The notes beneath the pieces are model-generated. The model was not told the DNA's origin. It searched no databases and was given only the letters and a program-made list of their open reading frames with translations. The position numbers were made by a program, and so were the translations under genes. This document shows, piece after piece, positions 30,518 to 40,234 of a stretch of DNA of 64,000 nt. How positions within the stretch are numbered: position 1 is the stretch's first letter; every line of letters starts with the position of its first letter. The DNA lies in assembly GCA_030038355.1 (NCBI GenBank), contig JASHPB010000071.1:6550-70549 (forward strand). Direction: 5' to 3'. The stretch comes from Candidatus Binataceae bacterium (lineage in GTDB: Bacteria > Desulfobacterota > Binatia > Binatales > Binataceae).

Positions 30518-31705
30518 ATGTCCGACCTCGAAGCTTTCCGCAAAGAGACCCGCGCGTGGCTCGAAGCCAATTGCCCGCCCGAGATGCGTAAGCCCTCGCG
30601 CGGTGAAGAAGACACCTGCTGGGGCGGACGCAAATGGAAATTCCAGTCCGACGCGCAGCGCCTCTGGATGCAAAGGATGGGCGAGCGCGGCTGGACGGTG
30701 CCTGAATGGCCGCGCGAATACGGCGGCGGCGGGCTCTCGCGCGACGAAGCCAAAATACTCCGCGAGGAAATGCGCAAGCTCGGATGCCGTTCTCCTCTCG
30801 ACAGCTTCGGTATCTGGATGCTCGGCCCTGCCCTGCTGAAATACGGTCACGAGGAGCAAAAGCGCGAGCATCTGCCGAAAATCGCGCGTGGCGAAATCCG
30901 CTGGTGCCAGGGCTACTCCGAGCCGGGCTCCGGCTCCGATCTCGCCTCGCTTCAGACGCGAGCCGAGGATAAGGGCGATCACTACATCGTCAACGGCTCG
31001 AAAATTTGGACTTCGTACGCCGACAAGGCCGATTGGATTTTCTGCCTCGTCCGCACCGATCCCAAGGCGCCGAAGCATGAAGGAATCAGCTTTGTACTGT
31101 TCGACATGGAAAGCCCGGGGGTCTCAACCGCGCCGATCACGCTGATCTCGGGCAGCTCGCCGTTCTGCCAAACGTTTTTCGAAGATGTGCTCGTGCCGAA
31201 GTCCAACCTCGTCGGCTCGCTCAACAAGGGATGGGACGTCGCGAAGTTCCTGCTCACGCACGAGCGCGACATGATCGGCGGGATGGGCACCAACAGTGGT
31301 GGCGAGAGTCGCTCGCTTGGCCAGATCGCGACCGAGTCGGTCGGACTCGATAACGGCGTGCTCGCGGATACCAATCTGCGCGGACAGATCGCGGCGCTCG
31401 AAATCGACGCGTGGGCCTTTCGGCTCACGATGGATCGCGTCGGCGACCTGGTGAAGACCGGCAAAATCAATCCCGCCGCGTCGTCGTTGTTGAAGTATTA
31501 CGGCACCGAGCTGAACAAGCGCCGGATGGAATTGGTGATGGCGGCCGGCGGCTTCGACGCACTCGAGTGGGACGGTGAACACTCGCACGAGGGGCGGAAT
31601 GCTCGCGCGTGGCTCCGCTCAAAGGCGAACTCGATCGAAGGCGGCACGAGCGAAGTGCAGCTCAACATCATCGCCAAGCGCCTGCTGAACCTCCCCGGCG
31701 TGTAA
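30518..31705 (+). CDS. Acyl-CoA dehydrogenase
   Basis: WCQGYSEPGSGSDLASL, NGSKIWTS and SIEGGTSEVQ. Confidence 0.95.
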   Translation: MSDLEAFRKETRAWLEANCPPEMRKPSRGEEDTCWGGRKWKFQSDAQRLWMQRMGERGWTVPEWPREYGGGGLSRDEAKILREEMRKLGCRSPLDSFGIWMLGPALLKYGHEEQKREHLPKIARGEIRWCQGYSEPGSGSDLASLQTRAEDKGDHYIVNGSKIWTSYADKADWIFCLVRTDPKAPKHEGISFVLFDMESPGVSTAPITLISGSSPFCQTFFEDVLVPKSNLVGSLNKGWDVAKFLLTHERDMIGGMGTNSGGESRSLGQIATESVGLDNGVLADTNLRGQIAALEIDAWAFRLTMDRVGDLVKTGKINPAASSLLKYYGTELNKRRMELVMAAGGFDALEWDGEHSHEGRNARAWLRSKANSIEGGTSEVQLNIIAKRLLNLPGV

Positions 31706-31726
31706 GCGAATGACGATTCCAGTTCA

Positions 31727-31818
31727 CATCCCGTCGCGGGAAGGGCTTAGGTTGATGCTTCGATCTTCGCAAAAAGACCCTACCCTAAGCCTCTTTCCCT
31801 TACCCCAGGGAAAGGATG
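31727..31818. repeat. REP-like composite repeat, same family as 21-131
   Basis: cccgtcgcgggaagggcttagg...ccctaccctaagcctctttccct..ccccagggaaagg. Confidence 0.55.
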
Positions 31819-31900
31819 TTTGTCGCTACGAACACTTGAAAGAAGGGTTTGTGATTGCATAGGAAATTGCAAAGGAACAATTCGGCAAGAACAATAAGAA

Positions 31901-33040
31901 ATGGCACTGGTACTCACCGACGAACAAACGATGCTCCGCGACACCACGCGGAGCTTTCTCGGCAAGAACGCGCCGATCTCGCATCTCCGGCAATTGCGCG
32001 ACAGCCGCGATCCCATAGGCTTTTCGCAGCCGCTCTGGAAGGAATTTGCCGACAACGGATGGGCCGGGATTCTCGTGCCCGAAAATCATGGCGGCCTTGG
32101 CCTCGGCTACGTCGAAGCGGGCGTCGTGATGGAAGAACTTGGGCATACGCTCACGCCCTCGCCATTCTTCGCCAGTGCCGTGGTGGCTGCGACGGCGATT
32201 TCGCGCGCCGGCAGCGACGCGCAGAAAAGCGCGTATCTCCGGAAAATCGCGGCGGGCGACCTTATCGCGACGCTCGCGATCGATGAATCGCCAAAGCATC
32301 GCCCGGCCAACAGCGCGATGAGCGCCAAGCGCAGCGCAGGGGGATTCATCTTAGAGGGTTCAAAAAGCTACGTCGTCGATGGCCACGTCGCGGACCTGTT
32401 CGTCGTCGCGGGGCGCACAGCCGGCTCAGCCAGCGATACCAAGGGCATCACGCTCTTTCTCGTCGATTCGAAGGCCAAGGGAGTTCGCGCCGAACGCACG
32501 AGCACGGTTGATAGTCACAACGCGGCGCGGATCGCATTCGACAAAACTCCGGTCGCCGCGGACCACGTGCTCGGTGAAATCGACAACGGATGGAAGCCGC
32601 TCGACGGCACGCTGAACGCCGGACGCGCTGCGCTCGCCTCCGAGATGCTCGGCGCGGGCGACGAGGCTTTCGGCCGCACCGTCAACTATCTGAAGGAGCG
32701 CAAGCAGTTCGGGAAGCTGATCGGCGAGTTCCAAGCGCTGCAGCATCGAGCGGCGGCTCTCTATTGTGAACTCGAAGTCACGCGCTCGGCGGTGCTCAAA
32801 GCGCTGCAAACGCTGGATGAGTCCTTCGACGGCGCGGGACCGATTGTAGCGGTCGCGAAGGCCAAGGCGGGCCAGAGCGCGACGCTCGCGGCGCAGGAAG
32901 GAATCCAGATGCACGGCGGCATCGGCATGACCGACGAATTCGACATCGGATTTTTCCTAAAGCGCGTGCGCGTATGCCAGGAGCTGTTCGGCGACGCCAA
33001 TTTCCAGGCTGACCGAATCGCCCGGCTCAGCCGCTACTGA
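31901..33040 (+). CDS. Acyl-CoA dehydrogenase (probable partner subunit)
   Basis: RKQFGKLIGEFQALQHRAA and QMHGGIGMTDE; tandem with the upstream ACAD. Confidence 0.93.
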   Translation: MALVLTDEQTMLRDTTRSFLGKNAPISHLRQLRDSRDPIGFSQPLWKEFADNGWAGILVPENHGGLGLGYVEAGVVMEELGHTLTPSPFFASAVVAATAISRAGSDAQKSAYLRKIAAGDLIATLAIDESPKHRPANSAMSAKRSAGGFILEGSKSYVVDGHVADLFVVAGRTAGSASDTKGITLFLVDSKAKGVRAERTSTVDSHNAARIAFDKTPVAADHVLGEIDNGWKPLDGTLNAGRAALASEMLGAGDEAFGRTVNYLKERKQFGKLIGEFQALQHRAAALYCELEVTRSAVLKALQTLDESFDGAGPIVAVAKAKAGQSATLAAQEGIQMHGGIGMTDEFDIGFFLKRVRVCQELFGDANFQADRIARLSRY

Positions 33041-33369
33041 CTGGTCGAAAGAGTCGGTAAGCAAAGCGAGCGAAAAAGGCGCGAAACCTCGATTTGATCA
33101 TTCCGACCGTTGCGCGAGCAATGACCTGATGGAGTCGCCGGCCGTCCGTCAACTGTAGCCCAGGCTGCCGCAGTCGCGGGAACTGATCCTCACGATGCAT
33201 CAGCCGTTCCTTGCCTTGAAGGCGGGTGGATAAGAACCTTCGACTTGGCTCGCAAGCTGGCTTCGCCCGGGATAACAGCTTTTCCGATTTCTTGGTGCCT
33301 CGGCATGACTCAGGGTAGTGGCACAACCTCGAGGCATCTCGAAGCATGCAAGCAAATGGACGAGCGCGG

Positions 33370-33999
33370 TTACTCGGCGCCCTTCGGCGGATGATGACGG
33401 CGCCAGCGCGCGAACCATCCGTGATGCTTCTGCGGCGGTTGCCCTGTCTCCGGAGCCGCAGCCCCCGGTCCCTGTTGCTGACCATTGAAGCGCGCGCGTG
33501 CCTCTTGGCGCTCCTCCGGCGTCATCTGCTGCCATCGATGATAATTCTGGAGCATGCGCTCACGCTGCTCAGGCGGCAGTTGCTGAAAGTGCTGATAGCG
33601 GCGGATCAGCTGCTGCTGCCGCTCGGGCGGCAGCGTTCGAAAATGATTGTAGGCCTGTCGTAGCTGCTGGCGCTGACCCTCCGGGAGCTTGCGCCATTGG
33701 CGCATCCCCTCGAGCACGCGCTGGCGTTCCTCGGGTGGGAGGCTTCGGAACTGCTGGTAGGTGCGCTGCGCGCTCATCCGCTCGTCGGGCGACATCGCCT
33801 GCCACTGCCGATAGTTGTCGAGCACGCGCTCACGCTGATTTGGCGTGAGCCGCGCCCACTGCTCGGGATAGCGGTTGGCGAATGACTGTTCGAGCGCGCT
33901 TGGCGATTCGCCGAGTGCCTGCGCGCGTGCGATGCTGATCATGGGAAAAATCATCAGCGCGGCGAGCAGGAGGATCGCCATGCGGCGGCGGAGGTTCAT
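33370..33999 (-). CDS. DUF3106-type periplasmic helical repeat protein
   Basis: Signal peptide followed by about seven 18-aa (W/F)xxL(P/T)PExR repeats. Confidence 0.82.
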   Translation of the reverse strand: MNLRRRMAILLLAALMIFPMISIARAQALGESPSALEQSFANRYPEQWARLTPNQRERVLDNYRQWQAMSPDERMSAQRTYQQFRSLPPEERQRVLEGMRQWRKLPEGQRQQLRQAYNHFRTLPPERQQQLIRRYQHFQQLPPEQRERMLQNYHRWQQMTPEERQEARARFNGQQQGPGAAAPETGQPPQKHHGWFARWRRHHPPKGAE

Positions 34000-34340
34000 T
34001 CGACTGGACCTCCATCGTCCTGCTGCCGATACTCTTCCTCGTGCGGGGGCGCGACTGCCTGATTCGCCGGACCGGGCGGAGGAGGATAGGCGACCGGGGC
34101 ATTTTGTCCGCCGCCGAGCAGACCCATCGAGCTCAAGGTGCGGATGCGGTCCATCATCGATTCGCCCTGCTCCTGACCACCGGCATTTTCGCCATTCGAA
34201 TTGTCAGAGCGGAACAAGTCGAGATTTAGCAGCATCTGCGGGTCGGGCGGCGGCTCCTTTGCTCGGGCAAATCGAACTCGGGTGAAAACCAGCGCTGCCG
34301 CCATAGTCAGAATCACCACGAGTTTACGAAGACTTCTCAT
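33996..34340 (-). CDS. Secreted hypothetical protein of the ECF operon
   Basis: Signal peptide; PDPQMLLNLDLF motif; overlaps both neighbours. Confidence 0.7.
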   Translation of the reverse strand: MRSLRKLVVILTMAAALVFTRVRFARAKEPPPDPQMLLNLDLFRSDNSNGENAGGQEQGESMMDRIRTLSSMGLLGGGQNAPVAYPPPPGPANQAVAPPHEEEYRQQDDGGPVE

Positions 34341-34845
34341 TGTCCTGCTGCGATGCCGGCGGCACCTGATCGAGCCGCTCGATCACATCATAGTTCTCCA
34401 GCAGGTCCAGATGCTCGACAACGTTGTAGTTTTTCAGCAAGCCGAGGTCAGCGTCTTTCATCTCCGTCGCCATCGCCATCTGATCGAGCGGCGGCGCCGA
34501 CAACGGCGGCGGGCGATGAATTGAAACAACGATCAGCAGCGCCGCGACCGCTGCGCCGAGACCGCCGAGCGCCGTCAGCGCGAAGCCGGAGCGCCACCAT
34601 GGCGCGCGGGCTTCCTGGTGGGCGGCGAGCTTGCGGCGCAGCTCGTATCGATAAGCGGTCCAATCCGGCTCCGGGGCTTCATCCACGAACTGCGCGACTT
34701 TGCGCAGCACGCCGAGTGAGGATTCGGCAACCGCGCGGCACTCGGCGCATCCCGCCAGATGCTGCTCGACGCGGGCGCGCTCTTCGATCCCGAGTTCGCC
34801 CCGCGCGTAAGGAATCAGCGCGGCTTCTGGATGCTTCGTGGCCAT
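34324..34845 (-). CDS. zf-HC2 (ZAS) membrane anti-sigma factor
   Basis: HLAGCAEC (HxxxCxxC), one TM helix, directly downstream of the sigma factor. Confidence 0.9.
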   Translation of the reverse strand: MATKHPEAALIPYARGELGIEERARVEQHLAGCAECRAVAESSLGVLRKVAQFVDEAPEPDWTAYRYELRRKLAAHQEARAPWWRSGFALTALGGLGAAVAALLIVVSIHRPPPLSAPPLDQMAMATEMKDADLGLLKNYNVVEHLDLLENYDVIERLDQVPPASQQDNEKSS

Positions 34846-34847
34846 CG

Positions 34848-35468
34848 TCAAACGTCTTTCAGCGTCTTCTTCAACTCCGCGACTGCGCGATGCACATGGA
34901 CGCGCGCCGTGCTCTCCGAGCATCCGAGCACGGTAGCGATCTCCCGGCTGCTGAGGCCCTCTGCCTGCATGATGACGGCTGAGCGCTGATGCGGCGACAG
35001 ACGATCGAGAGCGGTGCGAAGTTGCCCGGCGCTCTCGCCGCGAATCGCCTGCAAATCAGGCCCAGCCTCTTCGGCCGGAGGCTCGATTCCGCGCGCATCG
35101 GGATCGTCGCCCGGGCCGGCGATCGGCAGCATCCGCTTCCACCACTTGGAGCGCCGCTGCTGGTCGATACAGAGGTTGACGAGAATGCGATGAAACCAGG
35201 TCGAAAAGCTCGAGCGTCCATCGAACTTGCCGGCAGATTCGAAAAGCCGGATGAAGGCATCCTGCGACAGGTCATGGGCGTCAGCCTCGTTGCCCAGAAT
35301 CGAGCGGGCCAGCCGAAAAGCGCGGCTTTGGTAGCGCTCGACCAGCAGCTGGAACGCCTGCGAGTCGTGACCCGCGACTTTCCTGCACAATTCTTCATCG
35401 CTTAGCTCGGGCGGCATTGCTTCAGCACTGGCGGACCCGACTCGTTCTATCACGAGGGCAAGTGTCAC
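34848..35468 (-). CDS. ECF RNA polymerase sigma factor
   Basis: DEEL...AF..LVERY, DLSQDAF, FSTWFHRILVNLCID, region 4 EIA.VLGCSESTAR. Confidence 0.94.
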   Translation of the reverse strand: MTLALVIERVGSASAEAMPPELSDEELCRKVAGHDSQAFQLLVERYQSRAFRLARSILGNEADAHDLSQDAFIRLFESAGKFDGRSSFSTWFHRILVNLCIDQQRRSKWWKRMLPIAGPGDDPDARGIEPPAEEAGPDLQAIRGESAGQLRTALDRLSPHQRSAVIMQAEGLSSREIATVLGCSESTARVHVHRAVAELKKTLKDV

Positions 35469-35605
35469 GTTTCGAGCGCGATGCTGATGCTACTACCGCT
35501 GTGCGATAGGACGCAGCAGCCACGTAAAACGTTTACGTCGCCGGGAGATTTTTGCGGCCGTAAACGAATCGCTGGCGGCATCCGTCGAAGGCAAGGAAGC
35601 GAGGA

Positions 35606-35935
35606 GTGACGACGATGCCAAACGAGAATCCGAGCCCCAAGCCCGACCGAAGATGGATTTTTGCCGCCGTAATCATGGGCGTGGCGGCTGGATTCGCACT
35701 GGCGATCGTCGCCCAATCGCGGATCGCTCTCGAGCGGTTCGACGTGGACTGCGTTGATTCGTTCAGCCACCTCGCGCGCCATCATGCGGGTATGCTCGCG
35801 ATCACGGTGAGCTCAGGCGGCGCAGGCTTCTGGTCTGGCGCGTACCGGCTCGGCGGCGGCGTTTATCGTCTGGCACAGGGCACGCGCTACGCGATGATCG
35901 CAAAGGGCTACCTCGCCCGGCGATTCAGCGCCTGA
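35606..35935 (+). CDS. Hypothetical membrane protein
   Basis: GAGGAG RBS and a TM segment; no family recognised. Confidence 0.5.
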   Translation: MTTMPNENPSPKPDRRWIFAAVIMGVAAGFALAIVAQSRIALERFDVDCVDSFSHLARHHAGMLAITVSSGGAGFWSGAYRLGGGVYRLAQGTRYAMIAKGYLARRFSA

Positions 35936-36053
35936 ATCTCACCACTTGCAATCCGCTACATTTTGAGGCGTCTTCCGCGCAGCCTTCCTCCTGCGTTGTG
36001 AGCCGGGTTCGCTCACGCGATGATTGTGCTCCAATCCTCGCTGGAGGAGCGCA

Positions 36054-36356
36054 GTGGCTAATACACCATCCGTAGATTGCAAGCAGGACGCCGGAGTCCT
36101 CACCCCGATCATCAATCGCAACCGCTGCGAGGGCAAAGAAGATTGCGTGCGCGTCTGCCCGTACAACGTTTTCGAAATAGGTACGCTCTCGATCGAACAG
36201 CGCCGCGCCTTGCCACTCGGTTCCCGAATCAAGGCTTGGGCGCATCGAAATCGCCAGGCCTTCGCGATCCGAGCTGATGACTGTCATGCGTGCGGACTCT
36301 GCGTCGCCGCGTGCCCGGAGCAGGCGATAACACTGCGGCGAGTTAACGCTCCATAG
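36054..36356 (+). CDS. Dicluster ferredoxin family protein
   Basis: CEGKEDCVRVCP and CHACGLCVAACP; GGAGGA RBS with GTG start. Confidence 0.88.
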   Translation: MANTPSVDCKQDAGVLTPIINRNRCEGKEDCVRVCPYNVFEIGTLSIEQRRALPLGSRIKAWAHRNRQAFAIRADDCHACGLCVAACPEQAITLRRVNAP

Positions 36357-36599
36357 CTTGAGTCCGAGCCCGTTCGAAGACAATCAACGGTCCATATCGC
36401 GAGGGTTCACGGCAAGGGACGAATGATAGCGCGAAAGATTTTACGCTTTGGATGATTTAAAGAATCATTTTCATAGATTCATTCTCATCTCAGCCCATGC
36501 TTCATCCGTGCGCCGTCCCCACTTCTAGGCCTGATACCGATTCTTGGACTTGCCACCGCAGCATTCCCTCGAAGCGATCCATGCATCCGCTATCCGACC

Positions 36600-36920
36600 G
36601 GCCGCGTCGGCACACAGCCCGAGGAGCTGTTCAGCGTCAACGGTGTTTCTTAACGTGACGCTCTCATATGCGACCGGCACCGACGCGAACGGTAACACCA
36701 CGTATTGCTACGTCCTGCCCGACAGTAACCAGTCGCCCACTGTGCGCATTAGTTCGGGCGACACTCTGGACTGACGTTCACCAACGATCCCCCCGCGCCC
36801 CCCAGTTCCGACGCGATGGCGATGCAGATGGCGTCGTCGCCGAGCGACGTTTGCGGCATGGCCACGATGGACAGTTCATCGACGAACGTTCATTTCCACG
36901 GCACCAACACGCCGCGGCAT
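36600..36920 (+). pseudogene. Multicopper oxidase N-terminal remnant
   Basis: LNVTLSY...YCY...SPTVRISSGDTL, then shifted frame TFTND...STNVHFHG. Confidence 0.7.
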
Positions 36921-37044
36921 CGAATCGCACAGAGTGACGGTTGAAACGGTTGAAAATGAATGCGCTGCCGGAATTCTCGGGCGCGCCGCATCGTCACCGT
37001 GATCTTCTCATCGGCGAGCGTCACACCTTGGATACATTCCCATC

Positions 37045-37155
37045 AGCATCTCGGTGATCCCGAGCAATCCCATGCCCGTTCTTCACGCCGATCCCCGACT
37101 ACTTGGCGCCGCCGAACGGAAGATTCGGCGCGATCGCGAGATGCTGATTCACCAT
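37045..37155 (-). pseudogene. Aldehyde dehydrogenase C-terminal fragment
   Basis: VNQHLAIAPNLPFGGAK*SGIGVKNG, closely matching the 3' end of the intact ALDH at about 37670-37780. Confidence 0.75.
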
Positions 37156-37576
37156 CGAGTCGTCTTTATCAAGTAACTCTTGGTTATTGTATCCACTATT
37201 CGGCGAGACACATTCTCGTTTGTAGGCAGCAACTGATGAATGCCGAGGGTGGGGGTGAAGACTCGGCCCGGAGGTTTGATAAACCTTCTGCGGCGACTGT
37301 CTGAAATTGATCGCCAGAATCCGTAATCATTCCGCTAAACGCAAGAACTGTTTCCGTCTGCGAGCATCGAAAGTACCCGTGGTCCCCTGGAAGCAGGTCG
37401 AGACATCCTCTGTGCCACCACTCATCCCATTCTCAACCGCCCGCATGTCCTCTGCGTTCAACTCAAAAATCACAAGCTTTCAGTTGGTGTCTGCAGCGGT
37501 CCTTACTCGCCAGTCGCTTTGAAGACAGCCCGCGCAGGTCTAAGAAGAGCCTCTCAGTTCGAAGCTACCGAGGCGT

Positions 37577-37614
37577 GAGAATGCGGCGCCGGAAATCTCC
37601 GGCGCCGCATTCTC
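37577..37614. terminator. Strong hairpin downstream of ALDH
   Basis: gagaatgcggcgccgga-aatc-tccggcgccgcattctc, perfect 17-bp stem; no clear U-tract. Confidence 0.5.
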
Positions 37615-37642
37615 GTTACAAATTTACTCTCGGTCGAGAGCG

Positions 37643-39049
37643 TCAGACTTTCGACACGTTGACCACCTGGATCTCAGTGAAGCCAAGCAGACCCCACGGG
37701 CCGTTTTCAACGCCGATTCCCGACCATTTGGCGCCGCCAAAAGGAAGATTGGGCGCGATCGCGAGATGCTGGTTGACCCAGGCCGAGCCGCACTCGAGCT
37801 GCGCGGCGACTTCCGCAGCCTGCTCGGGGTTCTTCGACCAAACTGAGCCGCTGAGACCGTAGTGCGTGGCGTTGGCGCGGCGCACGGCATCGTCGACGTC
37901 CTCGTACGGGATCACCGGCAGCGCCGGGCCGAACTGCTCCTCATCGACGAGGCGCACGCCGTCGGAAATCCCGCCGATGATCGTGGGCTCGAAAAAGTAT
38001 CCTTCGCTTCCCATGCGATGCCCGCCAGACACGATCTTCGCGCCGTGCTTCTTGGCATCCTCGACCAGCTCCGTAACGCGCTCGAACTGCGGCTTGTTAT
38101 TGATCGGGCCGAGCTGAGTGCCGGCGTCGAGACCGTTGCCGACCTTCACGCCCTTGGCGAGTTCGCCAAGTTTCTCGAGCATCGGCGAGTACATCTTCTC
38201 CGGCACGTACACGCGCTTGATGGCGCTGCAGATCTGGCCTGAGTTTTCGAAGGCGCCCCAGAAGATTTTCGGCGCCACGCTATCGAGGTCAACGTCGTTG
38301 AGAACGATCGCGGCGTCGTTGCCGCCGAGCTCTAGCGTAAAGCGCTTCAAATCGGGCGCGGCCGCCGCGGCGACCTTCTTGCCGGTCTCGATCGATCCCG
38401 TGAAGGAGAGCTTACGCGGTATCGGATGCGAGGTCATCCAAGCGCCGAGTTCGTCGCCGCCCGAGACCACGTTGATAACCCCCGGCGGGACCAGGTCTCG
38501 CACGGTTTCACCCAGCATCAGCGTGCTGATCGGAGTGAAGGGCGACGGCTTGATCACGACTGTGTTGCCTGCCAGCAGCGCGGGCGCGATTTTCCACATC
38601 GCGAGCATCATCGGATAGTTCCAGGGCGTAATGGCGGCGACGACGCCGAGGGGCTTGCGGCGAATCTCGACGCGCGCCTGGTCGGTGTTCTGGATCACTT
38701 CGACTGGAAGTTCGAGGCTCGAGGTGTACTGCGCCCACATCGCGGCGCCGAAGATTTCTCCCGTCGCCTTGTCCAGGGGCTTGCCTTGCTCTTGTGTGAG
38801 CGTGCGGGCGAGACCCTCGGGCGGCTGCTGAAGCGCGGCTGCGATCTCACCGAGAACTTTGCGGCGCGCGCCAATATCGCGGCTCCAGGCGGGATAGGCG
38901 CGTTGCGCCGATTCCATCGCCTGATCCAGTTCAGCGCGCGTGCAATCGGGAACCTGGGCGAAGACCTTTCCCGTCGCTGGGTTGATCACGCCGGTTGTCT
39001 TCGTACCTTTTACGGACTTTCCATCGATCAACATCGTGTATTCAGGCAT
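37643..39049 (-). CDS. NAD(P)-dependent aldehyde dehydrogenase
   Basis: ITPWNYP, FTGSIETG, LELGGND, SGQICSA, EEQFGP and PFGG. Confidence 0.96.
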   Translation of the reverse strand: MPEYTMLIDGKSVKGTKTTGVINPATGKVFAQVPDCTRAELDQAMESAQRAYPAWSRDIGARRKVLGEIAAALQQPPEGLARTLTQEQGKPLDKATGEIFGAAMWAQYTSSLELPVEVIQNTDQARVEIRRKPLGVVAAITPWNYPMMLAMWKIAPALLAGNTVVIKPSPFTPISTLMLGETVRDLVPPGVINVVSGGDELGAWMTSHPIPRKLSFTGSIETGKKVAAAAAPDLKRFTLELGGNDAAIVLNDVDLDSVAPKIFWGAFENSGQICSAIKRVYVPEKMYSPMLEKLGELAKGVKVGNGLDAGTQLGPINNKPQFERVTELVEDAKKHGAKIVSGGHRMGSEGYFFEPTIIGGISDGVRLVDEEQFGPALPVIPYEDVDDAVRRANATHYGLSGSVWSKNPEQAAEVAAQLECGSAWVNQHLAIAPNLPFGGAKWSGIGVENGPWGLLGFTEIQVVNVSKV

Positions 39050-39241
39050 TTCGATGCTCCTGTGGGGTATTCGACGCTTCGCGAACACGCTCGGACAAAC
39101 CGGGCCAACAGTCAAGTGCAACCTCGAAGATTAAAGTCTTTTGAGTTTGTGCGACACAAAATCGCTTTTCAATCCGGTTACATCAACCCAGTTCAGACAT
39201 ACGTCGCTCTGAAAATCGTCGGAACGCGGCGGAATTATGGC

Positions 39242-39257
39242 TGGCACCATCGATGCC
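39242..39257 (+). promoter_or_regulatory. Putative sigma54 promoter
   Basis: TGGCACCATCGATGC (GG-N10-GC), about 30 nt before ATG 39286. Confidence 0.55.
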
Positions 39258-39285
39258 CATACAGGTGTACCAGAGGCGCAGATCG

Positions 39286-39575
39286 ATGTGGACCAGGATT
39301 AGTCCGATCTTGACAACGATGTTGTTCGTCGGAGCCATTTTCGCATTCTCGGCCTGCGTTGATTACGGTCCCGGATACGGTTACGGACCCGGCCCGGGCC
39401 ACGCGCCGGCTCCGGTTTACGCCGAGGGCTACGGACGTTCAGTAGGCGTCGGCGATTACGATGAGCATCACGCCTGGCACGATCGCGATTGGTGGGTTAG
39501 CCACGACCGCGGTTGGGTGGAATCGCATCATTATGGCTCGAGCATCACGACCAAGACGATCATGATCATCATTGA
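39286..39575 (+). CDS. Small His/Trp-rich lipoprotein, probably frameshifted near its 3' end
   Basis: FSAC lipobox; GDYDEHHAWHDRDWW; shifted frame ends WLEHHDQDDHDHH*. Confidence 0.6.
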
Positions 39576-39600
39576 AGAAGGGCCGCGTCGGTACCGTCAG

Positions 39601-40167
39601 TTAATCGGAATTGGCAGCGCGGCCTGGCGCGCGGGCCTTCATAAGCTGCGAAGTTTCGCGCGCCGCGGCGTCACCAAAAAACAAGTTCCACAGAACACCA
39701 GACCCTAGATGTTCTGCGATCTCGGCGAGGATGAAGTAGATCGCGAATACCGCCGACACGCCAAGGATCACAGCAAGCAACCGCGGCGAACCGCCGTGCA
39801 CCAGGTCGGGCAGAATTGAATCCGCCATCGTTGGATGACGAGCCGAGTCCAGCGCCAGCTCGAGCATCCGCAAAAGAACAACGCACAGCGCATACACTGC
39901 CGTCTTCGCGATCACGGGCACGATCCGCGGATAGCGGCGAAAGCTTCGCGCAACGCGCGTGTTATCGAGAATGAGGACGACCTTCGCTGCTATCAGCGCG
40001 CCAACCAGGGCGCGCGACAGCGCGGGAATCTGAATCGAGTACTGCGCCAGCGACAGCTTCACGATCATCAGGACGATTACGAAGCCGACGAAGAAGAAGC
40101 AGGCTATTGGCACCGCCTCAGAGAACTCGCGGGCAAGCCAGGTGACAACACGTTTCATCCTATCCAT
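39601..40167 (-). CDS. Hypothetical four-TM membrane protein
   Basis: Four hydrophobic helices; last gene of the RND run. Confidence 0.75.
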   Translation of the reverse strand: MDRMKRVVTWLAREFSEAVPIACFFFVGFVIVLMIVKLSLAQYSIQIPALSRALVGALIAAKVVLILDNTRVARSFRRYPRIVPVIAKTAVYALCVVLLRMLELALDSARHPTMADSILPDLVHGGSPRLLAVILGVSAVFAIYFILAEIAEHLGSGVLWNLFFGDAAARETSQLMKARAPGRAANSD

Positions 40168-40234
40168 GGGTGGCAGCGCAATTTGACGATCTTACTCAGA
40201 TCTCACCCAAAGACCATTGATGCCGCATAATGCG

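Noticed and set aside
33520-33860. 54-nt periodicity resembling an array
   Set aside because: It is the protein-level DUF3106 repeat; there are no identical DNA repeats with spacers and no cas genes, so not CRISPR
36452-36470. ATGATT-TAAAG-AATCAT palindrome as a Fur or FNR box
   Set aside because: The spacing fits neither consensus well and the downstream gene is a pseudogene; too weak to call
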